From contig JAYTWI010000009.1 in assembly GCA_043743535.1 (NCBI GenBank), positions 67,407-131,406 of the forward strand: DNA of 64,000 bases. Direction: 5' to 3'. The DNA comes from Candidatus Moraniibacteriota bacterium. Lineage in GTDB: Bacteria; Patescibacteriota; Minisyncoccia; Moranbacterales; UBA1568. Of this stretch, positions 1 to 7,952 are shown piece after piece. The position numbers were made by a program, and so were the translations under genes. The notes beneath the pieces are model-generated. The model had not been told where the DNA came from. It saw only the letters and a program-made list of their open reading frames with translations, and made no database searches. Numbering within the stretch: position 1 is the stretch's first letter; the number at the start of each line of letters is the position of its first letter.

Positions 1-749
1 ACGAAATCAGGCGTTTACGAGAAAGCGGTAAGCGTTTGGCACAGGTGCTGCAAACGTTGATTGTCGGGCTCAAACCTGGGATGTCGACGCTCGATATCGA
101 CATCCTGGCAGAGAAACTGATCCGAGCCGAAGGTGGTCTGCCTATTTTCAAAGGGTATGGGGCTTCGGCTGGTGTGCCTTTCCCTGCTTCCTTGTGTACT
201 TCAATCAATAACGAAGTGGTGCACGGTATTCCAAAAAAGAACCGATTTTTGAAAGAAGGTGACTTGCTGAAGCTTGATATTGGGATGCGTTTTCTAGGGA
301 TGGTTTCGGATATGGCGCGCACGGTGCCGATTGGCGTTATTTCTCCAGAAGCACAAGAACTGCTTGATGCCACCGAAGAAAGCTTAGCCTTTGGTATTGC
401 TACTATGAAACCGGGCGTGCACATCTCCGCTTACGCTCGTGCTGTACAGAACTTGGTGGAGCGGAAAGGGTTTTCTGTCGTGCGCGACCTGGTAGGGCAC
501 GGGGTAGGACATGAACTCCATGAAGACCCGCAGGTGCCGAACTTTGTCTCGTCGCACATGCATGATTTTGTTCTCGAGGAGGGGATGACTTTGGCGCTTG
601 AGCCGATGGTTAATGCCGGCACATTTCATGTGGAAATAGCCGAAGATGATTGGACATTTGTCACTGCCGATGAAAAATTGTCAGCGCATTTCGAAGACAC
701 GATTGTTATGACTGCACACGGAGCAGAGGTTTTGACAAAGATGGGGTAG
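1..749 (+). CDS. map: Methionine aminopeptidase type I, 5'-partial (runs off the window start)
   Basis: The in-frame translation from base 3 reads EIRRLRESGKRLAQVLQ..., which matches the MAP N-terminal region. Later motifs HGIP, DIGMRF and GHGVGHELHEDP are metal-ligand signatures of the pita-bread fold. Confidence 0.85.
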   Translation, partial: EIRRLRESGKRLAQVLQTLIVGLKPGMSTLDIDILAEKLIRAEGGLPIFKGYGASAGVPFPASLCTSINNEVVHGIPKKNRFLKEGDLLKLDIGMRFLGMVSDMARTVPIGVISPEAQELLDATEESLAFGIATMKPGVHISAYARAVQNLVERKGFSVVRDLVGHGVGHELHEDPQVPNFVSSHMHDFVLEEGMTLALEPMVNAGTFHVEIAEDDWTFVTADEKLSAHFEDTIVMTAHGAEVLTKMG

Positions 750-831
750 AGGTTTCAAACGGATGAAGAAAGAAATGATTCTCTGAAATTTTGTAAAAGA
801 TATATTTTAGAAAATTTCAAAATATCATCGT

Positions 832-1236
832 ATGGAAACAACGTACAAAAATTATCTTGGATTGGATTGGGGAGCTACCAAGGTAGGGGTGGCTCTGGCG
901 CATGAAGAAATCAGGACGGCATTGGCCTATGGTGTTCTCAAAAATGACGCTGTTCTGGTGAAAGGTATTGGATCTTTGATAGAAAAAGAAGCAATAGGAA
1001 CGATTGTTATCGGTATTCATAAGAGCGCCACTTTCCATGGGGAGCACGAGGGAGAGAAACTCGGAAAACTGCTTGGGGAGCAGTTAGGAGTGAAGGTGGC
1101 GTATCACGATGAAATGTTTACCAGCAAAATGGCTCAAAGTAACCTCATCGCTCAGGGGGAAAAACATGTTTCGGCTCATGACGATGCTGAAGCAGCGAGT
1201 ATCCTCCTCCAGTCATGGCTCGATAGAAAGAAATAG
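832..1236 (+). CDS. ruvX: RuvX/YqgF Holliday-junction resolvase-like putative pre-16S rRNA nuclease
   Basis: N-terminal LGLDWGATKVGVALA matches the YqgF family. Size is ~134 aa. ATG start at 832. Confidence 0.8.
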   Translation: METTYKNYLGLDWGATKVGVALAHEEIRTALAYGVLKNDAVLVKGIGSLIEKEAIGTIVIGIHKSATFHGEHEGEKLGKLLGEQLGVKVAYHDEMFTSKMAQSNLIAQGEKHVSAHDDAEAASILLQSWLDRKK

Positions 1237-1262
1237 GTTTAATAAATGGAAATGGAAAAGTT
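1199..1262. repeat. Direct repeat copy 1 (3' end of ruvX plus stop), ~63 bp
   Basis: GTATCCTCCTCCAGTCATGGCTCGATAGAAAGAAATAGGTTTAATAAATGGAAATGGAAAAGTT recurs at 2127-2189 with one mismatch and one 1-nt indel. Confidence 0.85.
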
Positions 1263-1273
1263 CAGACATCACG

Positions 1274-1302
1274 CTTGACTTTTCTTCTTTTTAGGTGTAC
1301 AA
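1274..1302 (+). promoter_or_regulatory. Putative sigma70-type promoter (-35 TTGACT, 17 bp spacer, extended -10 TGtACAAT)
   Basis: cTTGACTtttcttctttttaggTGtACAATatac lies directly downstream of direct-repeat copy 1. It resembles the native promoter after copy 2 (TGgTACAAT at ~2243-2251). Confidence 0.4.
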
Positions 1303-1326
1303 TATACAGTTCGTTAAAAATACCCA

Positions 1327-1428
1327 TTTTTGCCAGAGCCTCATATTTTTTTGTAGGTACAAATCGTATTACGATTGTGAAAACATTTGTACACGATATT
1401 TGAAAAGAAAATATGAGGCTCTGGCAAA
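1327..1428. repeat. Large inverted repeat: 22 bp perfect stem, ~58 nt loop with nested palindromes
   Basis: TTTGCCAGAGCCTCATATTTTT ... AAAAATATGAGGCTCTGGCAAA. Inside the loop, GTACAAAT/ATTTGTAC and ATCGTA/TACGAT are also palindromic. Confidence 0.7.
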
Positions 1429-1503
1429 CTCACTATCACAGTGAAAGGCTACGAGTAGAGGATGACGCCATGACACACGTCGTGACCCCATCGGATACCC
1501 CCC

Positions 1504-1962
1504 ATGACCATACTCCGGGTCGCGGCGGAAACCATGAGTGACATGCTCTGTCGCCACGTCACGGTCAACCGTGACCGGATCCCGCAAGCTGTCCTCGACG
1601 CCACTGGCCGCAGGCAGTACCTCAACCAAGCAGTTGTCTGTACCATGCCACGTGGCACGGGTGGCGAGACAGAAGTCTTTTTCTTCAAGAACGATGGCTA
1701 CGCCAGCGATGTGGAACTGAAGCAACAATTCACACTTCGTGGCCTTGTCCCTGTCGATCCGTACACGCTCGCCGCTGTGAATGAAACTGACCCGGCCTTC
1801 GCCGACACTTATCCAAATGCTACCCACTGGCAGGATGCGAATGGCAATTGGTGCTACGCGACCTTCGACCGGTGGGATGACGAGCGGAGCGTGGGTGTCT
1901 ACCGGTACGACGGTGACTGGGGTGACGGCTGGTGGTTTGCGGGTCTTCGCAAGGACACTTAG
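1504..1962 (+). CDS. Hypothetical protein encoded in foreign high-GC cassette (Trp/Asp/Gly-rich C-terminus ...DGDWGDGWWFAGLRKDT)
   Basis: 152 aa ORF with strong GC3 bias on the + strand. Local GC ~60% versus ~47% in flanking DNA. Followed by an intrinsic terminator. No family recognised. Confidence 0.55.
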   Translation: MTILRVAAETMSDMLCRHVTVNRDRIPQAVLDATGRRQYLNQAVVCTMPRGTGGETEVFFFKNDGYASDVELKQQFTLRGLVPVDPYTLAAVNETDPAFADTYPNATHWQDANGNWCYATFDRWDDERSVGVYRYDGDWGDGWWFAGLRKDT

Positions 1963-2015
1963 CGCTTCGCGCTTGATCTCTTGGGCCTGGACCTCGTTCT
2001 TCGGCTCTTTGAGTT

Positions 2016-2056
2016 CCCCTGTTGATTTGTAAATCAGTAGGGGTTTTATTTTTTTA
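2016..2056 (+). terminator. Rho-independent terminator of the cassette gene
   Basis: CCCCTGTTGATTTGTAAATCAGTAGGGG hairpin (one mismatch) followed by TTTTATTTTTTT. Confidence 0.6.
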
Positions 2057-2126
2057 AAAATCGTATATAGTAATTTTGATAGTAGGAGAATCTGTAGGAG
2101 ACTACGGCTACTTGCAGCCGAATCCC

Positions 2127-2189
2127 GTATCCTTCTCCAGTCATGGCTCGATAGAAAGAAATAGGTTTAATAAATGGAAATGGAAAGTT
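2127..2189. repeat. Direct repeat copy 2 (duplicate of ruvX 3' end)
   Basis: Matches 1199-1262. Contains a second in-frame copy of ...SWLDRKK* not attached to any ORF. Confidence 0.85.
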
Positions 2190-2265
2190 GGTGAGTTCTA
2201 GAATTCACCAATCCCCGTATGAAGTGCTTGAGTTGTAATTTTATGGTACAATACTGTTGTAAGTA

Positions 2266-3066
2266 GTGAGGATAATCTATCCGTATTTTTTTATGGAGAC
2301 ACCATATTTGTCAGTCATTGTCCCGGCTTATAAAGAAGGCGAGCGTATTGGACGTAACCTCTTGGAGATTGATAAGTATTTGAAGGGCAAGAACTACACC
2401 TATGAAATTATTGTGGTGGTAGATGGTTCACCTGATAATACGGCCGAAGTAGCACGTAATTATGCTCTGCAAATTCCGCATTTGCGAGTGATAGAAAATC
2501 TGGAAAATCACGGCAAAGGATATGTGGTACGGCAAGGACTGCTTGAAGCTGTCGGCAAGTACCGAGTTTTTCTTGATGCTGATGGTTCTACCTCTATCAC
2601 TCATTTAGAGACTTTTATGCCACAGATGGAGGCGGGTTTCGATGTGGTGATTGGTTCACGAAAAGTGGAAGGATCATTCGTGCAGGTTCACCAGCCTAAG
2701 TATCGAGAAGTTTTAGGCGAGGGCGGTAATTGGTTGATCCGGATTGTCCTTGGATTGTGGAGCTACCCCGATACCCAGACTGGTTTCAAGATGCTTTCTG
2801 GCGTGGGGGCACAGGAGGTAGCCAGTCGTATGGTGGTGGATCGTTTCGGTTTTGATTTCGAATTGATTGTTTTGGCCATGAAACTGGGTTTCAAAATCAA
2901 ACAGATGCCGGTGCGCTGGATGAACGAAGATGGGTCAACCGTGACCTTGACCGGTCCTAATGGTTATATCCAGGTGATCATTGATCTTTTCAAGACCAAA
3001 TGGCGTTTCCTCTCAGGTGCGTATCATATCAAAGACTATACCGATGGTATTAAAAAGTCAGCCTAA
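2266..3066 (+). CDS. Family 2 glycosyltransferase (dolichyl/polyprenyl-phosphate sugar synthase-like)
   Basis: LSVIVPAYKEGERI ... VVDGSPDNT ... FLDADGST is a GT-A DxD-type signature. The track start 2266 is GTG. The ATG at 2293 (METPYLSVIV) is the more likely start. Confidence 0.8.
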   Translation: MRIIYPYFFMETPYLSVIVPAYKEGERIGRNLLEIDKYLKGKNYTYEIIVVVDGSPDNTAEVARNYALQIPHLRVIENLENHGKGYVVRQGLLEAVGKYRVFLDADGSTSITHLETFMPQMEAGFDVVIGSRKVEGSFVQVHQPKYREVLGEGGNWLIRIVLGLWSYPDTQTGFKMLSGVGAQEVASRMVVDRFGFDFELIVLAMKLGFKIKQMPVRWMNEDGSTVTLTGPNGYIQVIIDLFKTKWRFLSGAYHIKDYTDGIKKSA

Positions 3067-3102
3067 CTAGAGGAGGAAGGAAAACAAAAGAGAAATAAAA
3101 AA

Positions 3103-4128
3103 ATGAGCAAAGGAGAAACAGAGAAAATTGAAAAGTCATCGAATGAAACCGAACTGCGTCAGGACATCGTCACTGGTGACTGGGTAGTGATTGCTACCGG
3201 CCGCGCCAAGCGCCCGGATGGTTTTGTTACAGTGGAGCGCGTGGCGTCTGTAGAGAGTATCGATCCTTTTGCTGATCCGGATCAGAGTGGTCAGGAAAAG
3301 GATGTCCTCGTGTATCGCCTTGATGATGGGGAGTGGAGTTTACGAGTCTTCCCTAACAAGTACCCGGCATTTTCACGTGGTCGGGTAGTAAAGGAGCTTT
3401 CTGAAGGCCCGTACTTTGCGATGAGCGGGGTTGGCTATCATGAGGTAGTGGTGACGCGCGATGCCCATAAGTCGCTCGCACAGTTGGAAACCTGGCAGGT
3501 AGCCGAAGTGATTGATGCTTACCAAGAGCGTTACCTAGCTCTCATGAACAAGAAAAGTGTTAACTATATTCAGGTTCTGCATAATCATGGCAAAGAAGCG
3601 GGTGCCTCACTCTCACACCCTCATTCGCAGATAATGGCTATTCCGGTCATCGCTCCTCATATCGAACTTGATTTGACGGGTGCGCATCGGTATTACGGAA
3701 GTCATAAAGAACGAGTGTTTAGTGTCATCGCAGAGTATGAAGTTAGCGTCAAGAAGCGTTTGGTATATGAGAATGAACATTTTATCGCATTCTGTCCCTT
3801 TGCCGCCCGCGCCAATTTCGAAGTATGGATCTTGGGCAAGCGTCCTAATCCTTATTTTGAACGAATTACCGACGAGGAAAAATTTGCCTGTGCCGAGGCT
3901 CTACAGCAGACGCTCCTAGCCCTCTATAAAGGGCTCTACGATCCAGCATACAATTTTTATATCCACACCGCTCCCTGTAACGGTCAGGATTACCCGTACT
4001 ATCAGTGGCACATCGAGATTTTGCCGCATACTTCAACCTGGGGCGGGATGGAGTTGTCAACCGGTATTGAAACGTCCACCATTGCGCCGGAGGCTGCAGC
4101 CGAGCATCTGCGCGAGCAATTAGCCTAA
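3103..4128 (+). CDS. Galactose-1-phosphate uridylyltransferase-like (HIT superfamily, GalT family)
   Basis: HPHSQI active-site motif (HxHxQ), VTGDWVVIATGRAKRP N-terminal region, ~340 aa. Confidence 0.7.
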   Translation: MSKGETEKIEKSSNETELRQDIVTGDWVVIATGRAKRPDGFVTVERVASVESIDPFADPDQSGQEKDVLVYRLDDGEWSLRVFPNKYPAFSRGRVVKELSEGPYFAMSGVGYHEVVVTRDAHKSLAQLETWQVAEVIDAYQERYLALMNKKSVNYIQVLHNHGKEAGASLSHPHSQIMAIPVIAPHIELDLTGAHRYYGSHKERVFSVIAEYEVSVKKRLVYENEHFIAFCPFAARANFEVWILGKRPNPYFERITDEEKFACAEALQQTLLALYKGLYDPAYNFYIHTAPCNGQDYPYYQWHIEILPHTSTWGGMELSTGIETSTIAPEAAAEHLREQLA

Positions 4129-4144
4129 ATGATTGACTGACCGT

Positions 4145-4951
4145 ATGAAGAAAAAATTTTTTGTCATTGGTAACCTCAAGATGAATATGCTCTCGTCTGA
4201 AGAAGCTCTCCAGTACGTTTCTGTTTTGAAGCGTGAGGCGGCCGGAAGAACATATCAATCGGTAACTGGAGTTATTTGTCCGTCGTACCCCTATCTGGGT
4301 GTTTTTGAGGAAATGCCAGGGTGGATAGAGAAAGGAGCGCAGAATGTCTTTTGGGAAAAGGGTGGTGCATATACAGGCGAGGTTTCTCCTCTTATGCTGA
4401 AGAATGCCGGAGTCAACTATGTCATCATCGGCCACAGTGAGCGCCGTACGTTTCAGGGAGAGACCAATGAAATAGTAAAGAAGAAAATAATTTGTGCCCT
4501 GAAGTATCTGCTCGTGCCAATCGTATGTATAGGCGAGACGAAGGAGGAGCGGCAGGCGGACGATACACTGCGTGTCCTCGAATTACAACTGCAAAGTATT
4601 TTTTCTGAGCTCTCCAAAATGCAGGCGGAAAAAATTATTATCGCTTACGAGCCGCGTTGGGCGGTCGGAACCGATCAGTTGCCGACGACGGAAGAGATTC
4701 TTCAGGTGAAGATATTGATACGGAAAATTTTGACGGAAAATTTTGATGCGGAACTGGGCGAGCGAGTGGTCGTGCTCTATGGCGGTTCGGTCAAAAGTTC
4801 ATTTCTTCCAGCCGTATCATTCGAAGCGGGAATGGATGGGGTGTTGGTCGGGAGAGAGAGTCTCTTTCCTTATGAGGTGATAAAGATGATGGATGTATTG
4901 GAAGAACACGCGCTTTTGGTCGCAGCCAAAAAGAATAAAGAGGTGAAATAA
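4145..4951 (+). CDS. tpiA: Triosephosphate isomerase
   Basis: VIGNLKMN, IGHSERR, AYEPRWAVGT and YGGSV motifs. The track start 4133 is TTG. ATG at 4145. Confidence 0.85.
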   Translation: MKKKFFVIGNLKMNMLSSEEALQYVSVLKREAAGRTYQSVTGVICPSYPYLGVFEEMPGWIEKGAQNVFWEKGGAYTGEVSPLMLKNAGVNYVIIGHSERRTFQGETNEIVKKKIICALKYLLVPIVCIGETKEERQADDTLRVLELQLQSIFSELSKMQAEKIIIAYEPRWAVGTDQLPTTEEILQVKILIRKILTENFDAELGERVVVLYGGSVKSSFLPAVSFEAGMDGVLVGRESLFPYEVIKMMDVLEEHALLVAAKKNKEVK

Positions 4952-4978
4952 GATGCTAACTATGCTAAGGAAAATGCT

Positions 4979-5836
4979 ATGATTGGGAATGTCAAAGAAA
5001 TGCTGGAGCGTGCGAAGGCGGGAGGGTATGCTGTAGGGGCTTTCAATACCATAAATTTGGAAACGACGCGTGCCATCGTGGAAGCAGCCCGAGAGCTTTC
5101 TTCGCCGGTCATTATTCAAATGACGGAAAAGACGTTTGACTACGCTGGAGGGCGAGCTATCTTCCAGCTCGTAAAAAATACGGCCGAATTTTATGCTCCA
5201 AAGATTCCAATCGGTATTCACCTCGATCATGGCAAGAGTTTTGAAACAGTGGAACGGGCGATGGATATTGGTTTTACTTCGGTGATGTATGATGGGTCGC
5301 GCAAGGAGTACGCAGACAATTTGATGATGACAAAAAAAATTGTGGAAATTGCTCATGCACGCGGCATCGTAGTGCAGGCCGAATTGGGCAATGTGCCGTA
5401 TATTGGGGAAATCCAGATGGAAGATATAGATTGGGAAAAATATATGACTGACCCGTACCAGTCCAAGCGGTTCGTGGAAGAAACGAAGCTCGACACGTTG
5501 GCGGTGGCGATCGGCAACGCTCATGGATTCTTCCGTGAGCGGAGCGTGCCAGATTATGACCGTTTGGGGGCTATTGCTTCGCTTGTGTCAGTACCTTTGG
5601 TGCTTCATGGCTCCTCAGATTGGCAAAATGACCGCGTGACGGAGGTAATCAAGCGTGGCATAAGCTGTTTCAATGTCGACACGGCTATCCGTCTTTCTTT
5701 TATCGGTAAACTCAGGGAAGCACTCCAAGCAGAAGAAGAGACTGATCTGCGCAAGGTTCTAGGGAAAGCTAAGGAGGCGACCAAGGAAACAGTTATGGCA
5801 AAAATCGTGGCTTTCGGGAGTGACCACAAGGCTTAA
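4979..5836 (+). CDS. fba: Class II fructose-bisphosphate aldolase
   Basis: N-terminal KEMLERAKAGGYAVGAFN, plus HLDHG and GSS metal/ligand regions typical of FBA/tagatose aldolase class II. Confidence 0.85.
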   Translation: MIGNVKEMLERAKAGGYAVGAFNTINLETTRAIVEAARELSSPVIIQMTEKTFDYAGGRAIFQLVKNTAEFYAPKIPIGIHLDHGKSFETVERAMDIGFTSVMYDGSRKEYADNLMMTKKIVEIAHARGIVVQAELGNVPYIGEIQMEDIDWEKYMTDPYQSKRFVEETKLDTLAVAIGNAHGFFRERSVPDYDRLGAIASLVSVPLVLHGSSDWQNDRVTEVIKRGISCFNVDTAIRLSFIGKLREALQAEEETDLRKVLGKAKEATKETVMAKIVAFGSDHKA

Positions 5837-5859
5837 TAACAAATGTTTATGCTATTTTT

Positions 5860-6864
5860 ATGACGGTACAACGTATTGCTATCAACGGTTTTGGGCGTAT
5901 TGGGCGAGCCGCTTTCAAAATTGCATTAGAAAAAAAGAATATTACGGTCGTCGCCATCAATGATTTGACGGACGCTTTTACTTTGGCACACCTCCTCAAG
6001 TATGATACAGCCTACGGGCACTACAAGAAAACAGTGACAGCAGAGAACGGGAAGTTGATTGTGGAGGGAGTCGAGATACCCGTTTTTGCTGAAGCGGATC
6101 CAAAAAAATTGCCATGGAAAGATCTGGCGGTGGACGTGGTGCTCGAATGTACGGGGCGTTTCACCGATCTTTCGGGAGCAACACAGCATATTACCGCCGG
6201 AGCTAAAAAAGTGATTCTTTCTGCGCCGGCCAAAGGCGATGATGGAGGGGTGCCTACCTATTTGATCGGGGTCAATGATACTGAATATAAAGGGGAGACG
6301 GTCATTTCCAATGCATCGTGTACGACAAATTCTTTGGCTCCAGTGGCCAAGATTATAAACGAACGTTTCGGTATTGCCAAAGCGCTCATGACTACCATTC
6401 ATTCCTACACCGGTGATCAAAATCTCGAGGATGGTCCGCACAGGGATCTGCGGCGAGCGCGCGCGGCCAGCCAAAATATCGTGCCTACTACCACGGGCGC
6501 AGCCATTGCGGTGACGCAAGTGATTCCAGAGCTCGCGGGACTTTTTGATGGGTATTCTATGCGGGTGCCGACTATTGTCGTGTCGCTCACGGATTTCACA
6601 TTCGTTCTCAAAAAGAAAACCACGGTAGAAGAAATGAATGACGTGTTGCGTCAGGCGGCGAGCGATCCTCGCTATCGCCAGGTGCTCGCGGTGACGGATG
6701 AGCCGTTAGTGTCGTCTGATTTTATCGGCAACCCCTTTTCTAGTATCGTTGATTTGTCTCTGACCAAGGTGATTGATGGTGATCTGGTCAAGGTTGTAGC
6801 CTGGTATGATAATGAGTGGGGCTACTCCAATCGATTGGTAGAAATGGTAGAAATGGTAGCATAA
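5860..6864 (+). CDS. gap: Glyceraldehyde-3-phosphate dehydrogenase
   Basis: INGFGRIGR Rossmann motif, SNASCTTN catalytic Cys, WYDNEWGYS C-terminal signature. Confidence 0.9.
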   Translation: MTVQRIAINGFGRIGRAAFKIALEKKNITVVAINDLTDAFTLAHLLKYDTAYGHYKKTVTAENGKLIVEGVEIPVFAEADPKKLPWKDLAVDVVLECTGRFTDLSGATQHITAGAKKVILSAPAKGDDGGVPTYLIGVNDTEYKGETVISNASCTTNSLAPVAKIINERFGIAKALMTTIHSYTGDQNLEDGPHRDLRRARAASQNIVPTTTGAAIAVTQVIPELAGLFDGYSMRVPTIVVSLTDFTFVLKKKTTVEEMNDVLRQAASDPRYRQVLAVTDEPLVSSDFIGNPFSSIVDLSLTKVIDGDLVKVVAWYDNEWGYSNRLVEMVEMVA

Positions 6865-6885
6865 TTTTTTTTTCGGTACTCCTGT

Positions 6886-7935
6886 ATGGTAAAAGCAGAT
6901 GATCACAAAAAAAGATTGCTTGTGATAGCGAATACGAATTTAGCTGAGCTTTCTGATGAAGAAGTTTTGCGCCTGTTGGCTGAACGCAAACAACTAGAGA
7001 TACTAGAGAAAGAGTATGAACAAGCGCAAAAAAAGCAGGAAGCGCGGTATTTGGTAGAGCAGCAGCAGGCTGATATCGAGGAGAAATTGACAAATCTGAA
7101 TAAATGTATCACCCCGGATAAGGCTGACGATGATCTGCTCAAATTGATCAAAGAGCGTCAGGGTCTAGAAGCAGAGCGTGATGCGCTAGCGGCAGAGCTT
7201 ATGGTCATCGTACAGGGCGAAGGCGCCACTCTGATACCAGAACAAAAACAGTCAGCCTCGACTACTACAGAGACAGCGCCTACGCTAGCAACAGAAAAAG
7301 TACTACCGCCGATAGCGCCGCCCGAAACGGTCCCTGTTGTCGTGGAGAGGGACGAAGTGCCGATAGAGGAACCGACTGATGTTATCTCCGGGGTAGTGGA
7401 TGCTGATTTTGGGCGCGAAGCCATCGCTCGAGAAAGTGGCGAATTGAATCGTTATATAGGAGAGCTCAAAAATAACGCTGAATCTCTGGGTACCTTTCTC
7501 GATGGGATGCCGCTTGATGCGAAACAAAGCAGAGCGTTTATGCTTGAAGTGGCAAAGATTGATCCAGCTTACGCTATGCACTACGCCGACAAGAACACAC
7601 TCAAGAAAGATGAAAGTTTCAATCTGGCATTGGTCAGTATACGCAATACTCATAATACGGGCACTGTTTTGTCGGAGATGCTCCCTGAGGCGCGTACAGC
7701 CAAAGTGGTGATGGCTGCTATTCGTACCGATTATCGCAATGTCCGTTTCGCCTTGCCTCAAATGGAAGATTACGAAGAGATGCTTGAGCTCGCGAAAAAA
7801 ATGGCCTTGGAAAAAATTAAGGAGATGAAAGACGGCGTGGATGCACCATTTCTCGTGCCGAAAGTTTTGCAAAAAGATAAAGCTTTTATGGCAGAAGTGG
7901 AAAAGATCATTCCCAAGGAAGAAGAAAATCTTTAA
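6886..7935 (+). CDS. Hypothetical protein with N-terminal coiled-coil and Thr/Pro-rich linker
   Basis: 349 aa ORF, no recognised domain. Confidence 0.5.
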   Translation: MVKADDHKKRLLVIANTNLAELSDEEVLRLLAERKQLEILEKEYEQAQKKQEARYLVEQQQADIEEKLTNLNKCITPDKADDDLLKLIKERQGLEAERDALAAELMVIVQGEGATLIPEQKQSASTTTETAPTLATEKVLPPIAPPETVPVVVERDEVPIEEPTDVISGVVDADFGREAIARESGELNRYIGELKNNAESLGTFLDGMPLDAKQSRAFMLEVAKIDPAYAMHYADKNTLKKDESFNLALVSIRNTHNTGTVLSEMLPEARTAKVVMAAIRTDYRNVRFALPQMEDYEEMLELAKKMALEKIKEMKDGVDAPFLVPKVLQKDKAFMAEVEKIIPKEEENL

Positions 7936-7952
7936 TAAACACGTTTCGGGCT

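Noticed and set aside
1369-1827. 152-aa minus-strand ORF overlapping the GC-rich cassette gene
   Set aside because: High-GC DNA yields long spurious ORFs in several frames. The + strand ORF has the GC3 bias and is framed by a promoter and a terminator, so I kept only the + strand gene.
5926-6519. 197-aa antisense ORF inside gap, with similar antisense ORFs inside murD (9666-10523), the VirB4-like gene (31118-32656), rpoA (55480-55983) and others
   Set aside because: They overlap strongly supported conserved genes on the opposite strand and have no recognisable features. These are typical shadow ORFs.
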